Below, piece by piece: positions 53,157 through 64,000 of a stretch of DNA of 64,000 nt. The notes under the pieces are model-generated. The model was given only the letters and a program-made list of their open reading frames with translations, ran no database searches and was not told where the DNA came from. Source of the stretch: Paraspadella gotoi (lineage: Eukaryota; Animalia; Chaetognatha); assembly GCA_051294375.1 (NCBI GenBank), contig CM119264.1, positions 19,289,590-19,353,589 on the forward strand, written 5' to 3'. Made by a program: the position numbers and the translations under genes. How positions within the stretch are numbered: the first letter of the stretch is position 1; each line of letters begins with the position of its first letter.

Positions 53157-56100
53157 GAAAAAAGGGAAAGAGAGAGAGAGAGTGAGGGGAGAAGAGAGAG
53201 AAGAGAGAGATAAGAGGGAAAAAAAAGAGAGAGAGAGGTTCAGGACCGATGGAATTGATTGGAAAACTAAACCGGAATTTCAACTAAACGCTTCTCTCTC
53301 TCTCTCTTCTCTTCTCTCTCTCTCTCTCTCTCCTGCCTCTTCCGATCTCTCATATGTCGTCCGATTCGCTCTCGGTGGCGTCTCTGATTTTTTGACTTTT
53401 TTTGCTAAGCGATGGGAACCAATTTTCTAAAAGAAACTTCTATTACACTTTCCACCACAAAAGTTCTACTCTCTCTCTCTCTCTATCTCTTTCTCCCATC
53501 TTTCCATCTTTGTTTCTTTATACATTTCTTTCAATGCACAGTACATAAAAGGAACCCGTCATTTTAATTACCTCAACATAGAACCTTCTGAGTTCGAAAA
53601 AACTTTATAATCACTGTACAATAGGTTCCAGACAAGGACATAAGGGCAACTGTCGGCTCAAACCAAATGATAGCAAAGAGTAAAAATGACCAAATCGCTT
53701 CCTACTCTGGATTATTGAACAGTGGCGTCGAAACTTCTTCTTTTTCTTTTCCATTCCACTGCTTCATTCTCCACCCCTTTTCTTTTTTTTCCTATCCACT
53801 TCATGTGCCTCCACCCCGCTTCTTTCCCCTCAATTCCTCTTAACCTTTGTCCACCCCACTCCCTCCTTCGCCACCCCCCTACTTTCTCCCATCTCCCAAG
53901 ATCTCACAAAGTCGACCCTGAAAATTTCTTGTTCCGAACGAAAAAAATATTTTTCAATGAATTCGTGATGCGATTTGTGAATCCGAGAGAATCACGTGAC
54001 GGCATAGGGAGAAAACGTGAAAAAAACCCACGTGACTCGAGGGGGAAATTGAAACGAAAAAAAAAGCTGAGGAGAGGTAGCGAAAGAATTAAAAACTGAA
54101 TTGAATAATAATGAAATTCAAAAAAAAAAAATGTGAAGGAGGAATAAAGATATTGGAAAAGAGAGTCGGGGAGAGACGGGAGATGGGGTGTGAGGCGCTG
54201 GAGAGACGACGGCGAAGACGAATCGATTCGGAATCAATTAAAAGGTTTCGAAAAGGGAAAATTCTGGAGGCGGAACGAATTATGCAAATGAGCGAAAAAG
54301 TGATAAAAATCGATAATTGAAAGTGCTCGCTTTTTTTTCCCTTTGCTAGAAGCGAGCGGTCCGAAAAATTTCGATCAAAAATCAATTAAATGCGTCGTTG
54401 AAGGTGAAGTGGAATAAAATGGAAAGCGGGAATGGTTTAATATTGACTGATGATGATATCATTATTATTATGATTGATTGATATTGATTGAGATATGATT
54501 AATAATAATAATTAGTAAATCGATCATTTGAAGGAAATGGTTAAATTAAAAAACAAGCCAAAACGTATAACTAAGGTTGCGACAATTTACGTTTATTCCA
54601 ATTTTTTTTATGTTTTTATTAATCATCATCAACATAATCATCAGTCATCATGATGAATCTCTTCAAAGAATATCATCAATCACCGTCACCGCTATCATCG
54701 GCAATCACCGTCATCTTCATCGTCGTCATTCGTCATCTATCCCTAAGTAAGTCTCGGCGTCACGCCGCGCCGCGATGACGGTTTAATCGCAATCGCGGAT
54801 CGATCGCAACGGCGGCGCCGCAAATTATGATCGATCACTTCTGACGAAAAAATGCAGAAACGACTCCGCGTCGAATGCAGCTGCCAAGAATATAAAGCTC
54901 GCGAAGGAGAATGAGCGACCCTTGCTAGGAAAGGAGGAAAGGGAGAACGAAAATAAGAAAGGAAAAGGGGAAAATGACAAAGGAAAAAAAAAGTAAAAAT
55001 GGAAAAGGGTGATGAGGAAGAAAAAAACTCCGTGGAAATCCAAGGAAAGAGGAAGAAAAAGAAAATCCGGGAGAGAAGAAATAAAAAGTACATCTCTAGA
55101 CGCAGAAGATGACAAAAAAGTGGGCGATTCGATCGAAGGAGATTTTGAGCAGACGAAACGAGATGTAATCTCTTCTCAGACGTTTACGTTTTTATGACTT
55201 AACACAGACTCATAGGCAAAAGAGACGTCGACCTCAGTGATGAACGCGAAACAAGAAACAAACGGCGAACTTATTATGATAATTGTACGAAAGATAAGAG
55301 TTTTTTTAAATGCTTTTTTTTATTTTTCAGTTCTCACTCGTATTACGTTATTACTTTTTATCTATTTCTTGCTTGTATGAAAAAAACTAGAATAAGTCGG
55401 GGAAAATAAGAATGCAAGGAAGAAGCCAAGAATTGCAACGAGAAAAAAAAATCAATTTGTGTAGAAAACACAATTTATAAGATCAGGAAATTGAAAAAGA
55501 AAAAAAAAAGAAGAAAAAAATGTAAGTCAAAAAGAAATAAAGAGAAGAAGTAAAGTCAGGCAGTGAAGAATAAAAAAGAAAAGTCAAGTAAAGACTAAAA
55601 GGCTTTTGAAAGCAGGTGATAAAAAAGAGTGAGGAAAAAGCAGGGTGGAGACGGGAACGCTTCGCGTAAAAAAGGATTTGGGAATTAAGGAAGAGTGTCA
55701 TGTAGAAAGAGAGGCTGAAGGAAGCGTTTTTGGAAAAGTGAGGAAAAATGATATTGAAAGAGTTTATTGGTCCGAGAGTGAAAGAGTATATTGGGCAATG
55801 GGCACAATTCAGAACTGAGAGAATTTTAAATTAAGTCTTTATTAGCGTCAAGTACAATCAGGCAAAAAGAAGAAAAAATACACTGTAAGACGAAACCATA
55901 AGGAAGAAAGTAATAAAACGTGCGAGTGATGTCGTTGGGTCTGGGGATCACTCGTTATGACTTTCGCGGAATCTGAAATTTGAAATCGAGAAAAAGTCAG
56001 AAGTAAATTCTGGAGACCGACTTAGCACATATTGAAAAGGAAGCTTGAGCCCATGCTTTATTAGTTCACTATTTGATTATTGATAATATATCTTGTCTAA

Positions 56101-56661
56101 GAATGTGAGTCGTTAAAACAAGGATTTGAGAAATTTCGAGGCGCGAGGGTTGACGTTGATCGAAGGTTAAGAGCGACCGAAATAAAAAAGAAAAAAAAAA
56201 GAGTGAAAGTCTCTCATGCACGGATTCTTTGACAGATACGAATGTCACGTGCCACACTGGAAATTTCATTTGCGGCCCCGCCACATCGGAGCGCGTGCGC
56301 GAATGAAAAGTTCACTGTGCCGGAAAGGGCTCGTGACACTCCTTTATAAGAAAGTTTCGTGTAAAATTTTTGTCTTCGACTTAGCGAGAACGACCACTGT
56401 AGGCACTGCCTACTCAAAGGCAATTTGAATTCCGAGGACCGAATGGGGGAAAAAGTTGGCACGGTTTTTCTGCGCGTCTCGCCCGCGCTCGGGCGTCAAA
56501 TCGTCACGACCGGGTGATTCTCACGGGACGCCAATCTAACGTCCACACTGAGTGTAAGTCAAACTTTTGTACGAAGCCTCACTGAGGCGCGCGCGCGAGT
56601 TCTGACTTCCTGACCCGCGAACGAGAAAAATTTAAGCTCGGAATGGAATTGAATTTCAAAG

Positions 56662-56722
56662 ATGGCGGCTTCTGGTTTCCAACAGATCACGGTTGAGCTC
56701 CTGGTTACATTTGGTAGTAAAG
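56662..56722 (+). CDS. Candidate first coding exon of a small gene
   Basis: CpG-rich upstream (56460-56620); aagATGgcggc; MAASGFQQITVELLVTFGSK-G; donor AAG|GTAAAA. Confidence 0.4.
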
Positions 56723-57410
56723 GTAAAAGATTTGCTCTGAGTAAAAAGGTTAACCCGCTTGTAGAAGGTTTTATGGCAATTGATTTTCTTCAGCCAGGGT
56801 GACAAAATTTATGTCTCGTATGTAAGAAAATTTTCAACGAATGTGGGAAGAATTAAGAGCGATCAAGGCCCTAAAAAAAAATAATAAATTAAAATCCTCC
56901 CCCTAATCGAAAAAGAAAAGAAAAAAATCAGAAAGAAATGCTTTTGAAGAATGGAGAGTCGAAACGAGGTTTGGAAGCGTCAACAAAGCCGGCCGCCATT
57001 CCAGACCCAAACAAACATAAAATTCAAAAGAAGAGCGAAGATTACGAGTCTTAAAAACGAATTTGTGGGTTCCCCGAAAAAAGAAAAAGAAAAAAGAAAA
57101 AAAATGAGTCGAGGGGGGAAAAGTGAAAAAAGGGGTAAAAATCCAAGGCACGCTGCGCCATTGATTGCCTCTTTTCGATTGAAAAAAAAAATCCCCGCAA
57201 TATCGATTCATCTATTTTTAACATCGTTCCAAAGGCCAAACGACAAACGCGACCTCTGTTTCTATTTAAACGAAACCTCGGATACACCCCGACATTAAGG
57301 GTCCCCCTTTCCTCTCTCTCTTTCGTTTCGCAAGATCCCTTTCTCAGTGTTTTTTTTTTCTTTTACTATTTTCTCTCGTCTTTCCCCTTTTTTTTTCTTT
57401 GTCCGCAAAG

Positions 57411-57607
57411 GAGGGAGCAGATTTGTTTCCGAAGTCATGATTCAAGGCTTCGACCAGATATCTACAACGCTCTCCCCTCAGAGGCCTTCGGGGCTATCAA
57501 AACAGAGGAAGCAAAGCGAGGAGGAGGAGGAGGAACGAATTAAGGAGAAAAGAATGAGAAGCGAAAAGAAAGTTGGAATTTTGGGGGTCAGCAACGGAGA
57601 AAACTAA
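57411..57607 (+). CDS. Candidate second exon of the same small gene
   Basis: Long pyrimidine tract then gcaaAG; phase 1 joins to GSRFVSEVMIQGFDQISTTLSPQRPSGLSKQRKQSEEEEEERIKEKRMRSEKKVGILGVSNGEN*. Confidence 0.35.
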
Positions 57608-57895
57608 TTCAAGGCGACCGAGGATATCAAAACGTTTAGAAAACGAGAAATATGTATGGACGAACTTGGAGAACAGGAAAGAGGACGAGGAGCAAAGGAA
57701 AAGGAAAAGTGGCTCGAAAGGAAAGCGGAGGCACAAAGGGAAAGTGAAAGACTATTTCTTTTCCTCTTCCTCCTCCTCACTTTTCCTCCATAAGTGAACG
57801 ACAGACGTGATGGAAACCATTCATCTCATACAAAACAATTTCTAATGTCAGACTCATGGAAGGAAAACGATGGAGAGAGGGAGAGAAAGAAAGAG

Positions 57896-57969
<74 letters not shown>

Positions 57970-57974
57970 AGGAG

Positions 57975-58025
<51 letters not shown>

Positions 58026-59272
58026 TGAAACAGCACGTACTATTCAAAAACACAGGCGTCTAGAAGTGCAAGTGGCGAGCCCCATGACCTTAAATTGAGG
58101 CAGTTTAAGCAAGGTTGAGCCTCATGTTTTTGCCAACCGCGATCCTTTATTCTCATCCGGGTTTCACAATTTTCCCATAAAAAGTGAACGCAATCGTGAT
58201 TTCCCTCCTCCGAACCTCGGATGATTCTAAAACCACGTCCGCACTCATGTGCTTTCGGAGTCACGAGCGTCGATCGTACGCCGCGGCCAATAAACAAAAA
58301 CATGCCACACCATCCTCCTCTTTCACCTCCTCTTTCTATTTTTCTATCTTTCTTTATCTCCTCTCTCCAAGAATTCTCCTTTTCTCTCTCTCCTTTTTCC
58401 CCCACCACTGAATTCTTGAAAGCCCCTCTGGCGGCCATTGGTCCCGATTGAGCTCGGAACTGAGTCCATTAGATATTATCTTAAGGTTGAGCCATCGTTT
58501 GTTTTGCTTTGTACGTCGATTGGAGGAGACGTCTGAGAGGAAAAGCTTTCTCGCGCCGACGGTTGACCTGAGGGCGAACCGCTTCTGGCGTGGGTAGAAG
58601 GAGCCGGGGGTGACACATATGAAGGAAAAGAAAAGAACATGGCGACGGGCGTTTTATAACGGCGTTACGGCGTCACATATAGGACCACAAGGTTCACTTT
58701 AGTTTCTATTTGAAGAATGCACATAGAGGAGTCATAATTTAAATTAAATATGAAAATACAAAAAATAGAGTTCATATATAACCTAGATTCTAATTGCTTT
58801 TCGTTCGCCGATTCCATTCTTGCGAGTCTCTGATCCGTTTTTGCTCGGCGGTGGTTTTGATTCCTGCGTTGAAATTATGATGCTCTGGCGGTATTTTCAC
58901 ACAAGCCTCACCGACAGCTTCATTCAGCCAATCCCATTGGCTCAGAGGGGAACGCATAATCGCCATCCTTTCACAGTCTTAACAACTCCTAGTAAAGCGA
59001 GACCGTCCTAGGGTAACCGCGCCCGTGCCAGGCGGCGACACTGATGGTCGGAAGCCCCTAAAGCCAACGGTGAAATGCCCCATTCCAATTCGCATCACAG
59101 ACAATCCGGCTGTTTCTATAATGGATACGTACGTACTTACAACGTATGTATTGACCCTCAAAAAGGATTATAGCTCGTAAGATTAGTATAAGACTAATTA
59201 CTGGCCTTTGAAAAGTCTTCAAAATTTCCAATTGCTAGGTTTTTTTCTTTTCGCCCAAAGGTTCAACCCAGT

Positions 59273-59375
59273 GCAAACATAGCATGGACTAATACCAAAC
59301 ACAGATCGAATCCCGTGCAAACAAAGTTTCGACTAATTGCAAACAGAGATTGAAATCTCGGCAAACGCGCAAACA
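59273..59375. repeat. Degenerate 22/44-bp periodic array with a conserved (G/C)CAAAC core
   Basis: Cores at 59273, 59295, 59317, 59339 and 59361, exactly 22 bp apart. Confidence 0.75.
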
Positions 59376-59796
59376 AGGTCGAGAAAAAATATGACCGGAG
59401 AGGAACTGGCTTTTTTTTCGCCCTGAATTATTGGGGTTGAGCAAATTTTGGGAATAAAGGGGATGAGAAAAAAAATCTCCTTTTATGTAGAAATACAAAA
59501 CGCAGTTGTAATTAGAATCATGAATTATTTGTAGCTGGGGTTTTGTTTTTCTAAGTCAATAAAATAAAATTCTGTAAAAAATATTCTGCAACACGCTCAT
59601 TCTATTTAAAAATATTTAGCAACACTCATAAGAAACTCACCTTTGGTTCCAGCGGAAAGCGTTAAAGGAAAAAAAACTTAATGTTAATTCAAAAGGAAAT
59701 TATTATTCAATACATTTAACATATGCGGCTCTTGAGTGATAATTAAACGATTAAACTAAGAAAAAATTCCGAGGATAAACAAACCGAGAGTTTTAC

Positions 59797-60323
59797 CGAC
59801 GGTAAATTTTTGTCATTATCTTTTCCCGATTTCAACCGTTTCTTCTTCTCCCCCGATTTTCTCGTTTTGTCGCGACGCTGCAGCAACTTTGACTGCTGCA
59901 GCAAATGCCGGTTGAGCAAACCCTTCTCCTTCCCCCCTTCCTCTCCCTCCCGCCTTGCCCCGCTTTCTTCTCGCCCAGGGCAAGTTTCACTTCCGCGTGA
60001 CTTTTCCAAATGTCGCATCTGATTTTGCCGCAACTCTTGCCGCAATTCGGCGAGGACGCCTCCCGGTTCCGCGTAGCAAGTGTTTAGGAAGGGTCCAGCG
60101 GCGACAGGTGCGGAAACCCGAGACTTTGCCCCCTGGTCTTCAGAAGGGAGCTGGAGAGGAGGGGCAGTCGACCAATCAGGCCGTGCGACGCCTTGAGTCT
60201 CTGGTCCGTTAGGCCAATCAGAGCGTAAGGTGTCGTCGGTCTTTGGCCAATCAGAGCGCGACCCGTCGGGAAGCGAGCCGATGACGTCGCTCGTCGCCAA
60301 GTAGTGACGGAAAGAGTTGACGT
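59797..60323 (-). CDS. Large internal exon of an unidentified protein (possibly the cytoplasmic tail of the membrane protein upstream)
   Basis: Pyrimidine tract ccccaacAG|, 175 open GC-rich codons (VNSFRHYLATSDVIG...VLAELRQELRQNQMRHLEK...NLPS), donor G|GTAAAA. Confidence 0.55.
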
Positions 60324-61655
60324 CTGTTGGGGAACAAACGAAGGGAGCGGAAGGGGAGGGCCTGAGGAAGAAAGGGGTAGTAGGGTGAAGAGGATGGTTT
60401 GGGGTGAGGAGAAAAAAGAGAGAGGAAACCAATTACCATGAATATAAAACCAAAAAAATAATTTTTACTTTGCGGGGTAGGGGTCAGTTAGGATCAATAA
60501 TCAGTAATCACACAATAAATGATGCTTTTTCATTTTTCATTTTTATTTTTTAAGGATGATAAACATTACTTGAATTATAGTTTGTACGCTGTACATCGCG
60601 CTTATTATCATTATCATTTATTATTTATATTCCAAGCTATCGAGTATAGACGCTAAACTTTTCCAGAAAGGGGGCGTCATATAAAAATTTTCTTGGTTGA
60701 TAGCAATCTATTGACGCGGAAAAATTGAAAAAAGTAGGGGAAAAAACTAACGTAAACAATCGAGCGAGAAAAGACCACGCCCATGATGAGGAAGAAGATG
60801 ACGACGGCGGCGACAACAACCACGAAACAGACGATCACTGATGATATGGATGACGACGAAGTTGAACGCTAGTGAAGATGGTGAAAAAAAAAAGGACGAC
60901 GACTAACAAGACGAATAGACGAAGACGACGACGACGACATCGCAGCTGAGACTGCAAATAGTCGGACCGTCAAAGGAAGCCGGCGATCGTCTCGTGTCGG
61001 GGGAAAAAGGCGCCATTCCTATGCGAAGGAATTCGTCGGCGGGCGGCGACACCATTGACGAAACAGCGCCGCTTTTCTTTCAACACCGAATCGGCGTTTC
61101 CGGCGTCGGTGGTGAAAAAACGCCGGTTTCTCCCGACAAATCTTCCTCGTCGAGAACAACAATCAGGTTGCGAACGGGCAGAGGTTTTTTTTCTGTTTGC
61201 TAACTCTGCTTTACCGTCACAGAAAAATGAGAAGTTAGTGCCGCTTGAATTTCCTATATTGGCACCTTTGCCCTTTCTCTCTGACACTCTCTGACACCGA
61301 ACCTCTTACTGAGTTCAATGCCTTTTTTCCCTCGACCGCCAACAGAAAAGACTTTTTTCTAAGCCTTTTTTCTCAGATATCTAATCCATATTTCTGGCGA
61401 GCATTGATCCTGTGTAGACGTTATTATTCACGTCCCTGATACCAACCACCTCTTTCATGATAATAGTGCAGCCTCTCTTAGATTGAGATATTCGAGGACC
61501 TCGGACCATTCTTATTAATATCGTTAAAATTTGGATTCGCTTACTAACAATTAACGCCATATTTGCGAAAATGATTTTAAAAAATGTTATCTTTCATTGA
61601 CTCTGATTTTCACAGCTTTTAAAATAATACAAATGTAGCCAATGTTGACATAAAC

Positions 61656-61744
61656 CGTATTCTCCACCCACTCCAGCCAACTATCTCGCTGACAAAGACC
61701 TCCCATTCTTCGACGACACGGGTTCATTGAGCAGAAAAACAAAC
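61656..61744 (-). CDS. Juxtamembrane exon of a single-pass membrane protein (3' boundary uncertain)
   Basis: ttttttttttctgtAG|gt LFFCSMNPCRRRMGGLCQRDSWLEWVENT; completes the TM helix with Cys and an RRR stop-transfer motif. Confidence 0.5.
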
Positions 61745-62275
61745 CTACAGAAAAAAAAATTCTTGCCCCGTTTCTGTTTCTCATTTTTTATATGCAGAGC
61801 ATGGAAGTATGAGAGGGGAAGGTCTTGGAGCATGGCTAAGGGAGAAAGCCAGCAAGGCAATAAATGTGAAACGGGGCGGCTGGGCAAGCGATTGTCGCTG
61901 CCTATGTATTTAGTTGGACAAAAGCCAGATTAAAATCTCGGTCGCCGGACGAAATCACCGCTGGGCGTGGAGGGGAGAAAAAAATGAAGGCGGACGACAA
62001 AAAAGAGGCGTTTATGCTAAAATAAAATGGCGCTTTACTATTTTTATGGGAGGAGATAAAACGAGATAAAACCCCGAGATGGAACCGTAAAAAGATATTA
62101 AAAAAAGAGGGATTTCCTTCTCTCGGAGCAAGAGAAAAAAAAAGAGGGAAAGAGTTCGGAATAGGGAGACGCTCTGTTTACATACATCCGTTTGAACATA
62201 ATACACGTCAGAGCAGACATGTTCTGTCAACGACAATGTTGATTAATTAGTGGTTAACAAAGAGAGAGAGAGAGA

Positions 62276-62335
<60 letters not shown>

Positions 62336-62413
62336 GCAAGAGCTGAACCATCCGGCCTCACAAATCCCCACCCATTCCCTTTGTGATTTACTGTTTCAAC
62401 AGCTTTCGCTCGC

Positions 62414-62575
62414 CCAGCAGGAAGAGCAGCAGGAAAGCGGCGCCGGTGACGGCAAAGAGCAGCGCCACCGACGCCTCGCTCCGACTTCTGGTCTTCGGAA
62501 GGCGGATGACGTCGCTCGATGAGAAGACGCGGACAACGCTGATATGCGAGAGACGTGGGAGGAGCCGAACGCCAC
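62414..62575 (-). CDS. Transmembrane exon of a single-pass, possibly cadherin-like, membrane protein
   Basis: (CT)n...ctcAG|GVRLLPRLSHISVVRVFSSSDVIRLPKTRSRSEASVALLFAVTGAAFLLLFLL-G; presumed GC donor G|GCGAGC. Confidence 0.55.
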
Positions 62576-62603
62576 CTGAGGGCGGGGGTGCCGGATTTGG
62601 AGG

Positions 62604-62700
<97 letters not shown>

Positions 62701-64000
62701 AAATACAGGGAAATGCCGATATTTTTAAACAATTTTTTACAGGATATAGTAGTCATCTTGCTCCACTTCGTCGTCACCATTCTTCATCATTTTAAGGTTA
62801 AGTTAATTTGAAAGTTTAGCTTGATCGTGGTATTTTCCTTTCTTTCGTTGTTTTATAAAAGTTAGTGACAAAGTAACAAAGTTATTTCATTCAGTTAGTA
62901 CATCGTTGTACTCACTGAATAAAATAAATTTACATTCATTTCGCCCTTTTTCCGGCCCACAGTTCGTATCTCTCAGATTAACGTTGGACTGACGTCTTTG
63001 CACGCGTGGAAAATAACTAAATGAATGGTGCTCACTTTTAAAATGCAAAAAAAAAAAGAATATTTAACGAAAAAAAGAACTTCTTGTTAAAAAACGAAAA
63101 AAAAAGAAAAAAAGAATCAAAAAAGTGTATAAAAATACAGGAGATGGTTTAAAAACGGATTGAAAATTATCAAGAGTTATGGCCTGAATGGGGATATACT
63201 AAGTGACGTGTCGGGGTGGGAAATAAAAAAACCTTTCCATGGGTAAGAGGTGTGAGACAAGGCCCTCGGAGAAAGTGTAAGTGTGAATGTTAAAGCAAGA
63301 TGGAAAGAGAGAACATGGGGTCTTGTGGAGAGAAAGAAAGGCTGGGGTCGCAAGGTTGAGTTCGTTGCTTTTTCTCCGACGTTAACTTTTTTTTTTCCAG
63401 CATCCGATTTTTGTGCCTCTATTTGTGCTCTGCGGTTTACCTCTTCCTCACGCTCCCCAAGAAGTGTTACGTCTTATAGTCTCACTCACGAATTCGTCTA
63501 CAAATCAATTGGTTAATACCTCACCGCCAACGAGAAATCCAATCACTTTTTCATCCTCTTTTTTTTGTCTTTTTTATGCCTTTGAGCTTTTCTTATTATT
63601 TTTTTTTTATCTTAGTTTCTGCGATCCTGTTTTTTTTTAGTCCTTGTTGTTTGATTTTTCGTTGTTGTTTTAATCAATATTTTGTTTCAACGGTAAAATT
63701 CTTTCTCGTTCGTAGTTTTAATGATTAACAAAACTTCTCTTGTTGTGCCCATCCAATTTGTGCAAATCAAAAAAAGCTTCTTTTCTTCTTTTGTCTGGTA
63801 ATCTTTTATGTATTTTACTATACTGCCATGCATAATTGTAACTTTTCTTTAGTCATATGTTGGACTGAGACCAACCACCATTATCTTTCATCTATTCCCA
63901 TCATTTTCATCTGCCTCTTCGATGGTATATTTCTTATCCTCTGCACTCTGCAGTAATTTTTTTTCCTCCAACGCCTTATTTGTACCTCTTCCACCTTCCA

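Noticed and set aside
60940-61203. Plus-strand GC-rich frame (..RRNSSAGGDTIDETAPL..TPVSPDKSSSS..) as an exon
   Set aside because: Several frames on both strands look equally coding, and no phase-consistent partner exon was identified, so strand and frame cannot be called.

Overview
Eukaryotic, almost certainly invertebrate-animal, draft scaffold: AT-rich, dense in (AG)n/(CT)n and (GAC)n microsatellites, with five N-gaps between 13.4 and 20.0 kb. Most ORFs in the supplied track are microsatellite artefacts. Two spliced genes can be rebuilt with consistent intron phases: the RhoGAP-domain 3' part of an ARHGAP39/Vilse-like gene (minus strand, 5 exons, 20247-24839) and a divergent MARCHF5-like RING-CH E3 ligase (plus strand, about 33966-36445) whose RING frame has no in-frame ATG. 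Weaker models are the 3' end of an unknown plus-strand gene (1-294), a single-pass membrane protein on the minus strand (62575 to about 59797, apparently with a GC-AG intron), a small two-exon gene (56662-57607), and orphan S/T-P-rich ORFs at 10-17 kb with decayed paralogues. Repeats include DINE-1/HINE-like Helentron-type elements, a Tc1/mariner-type TA-flanked MITE family, a fold-back element and a Penelope-type minimal hammerhead ribozyme. Best leads: very degenerate 5' splice sites, the MARCHF5 frame break, the orphan TP-rich family, the hammerhead, and a 22-bp-phased GCAAACA array. No new system is proven. All family assignments come from motif recall, not database searches.
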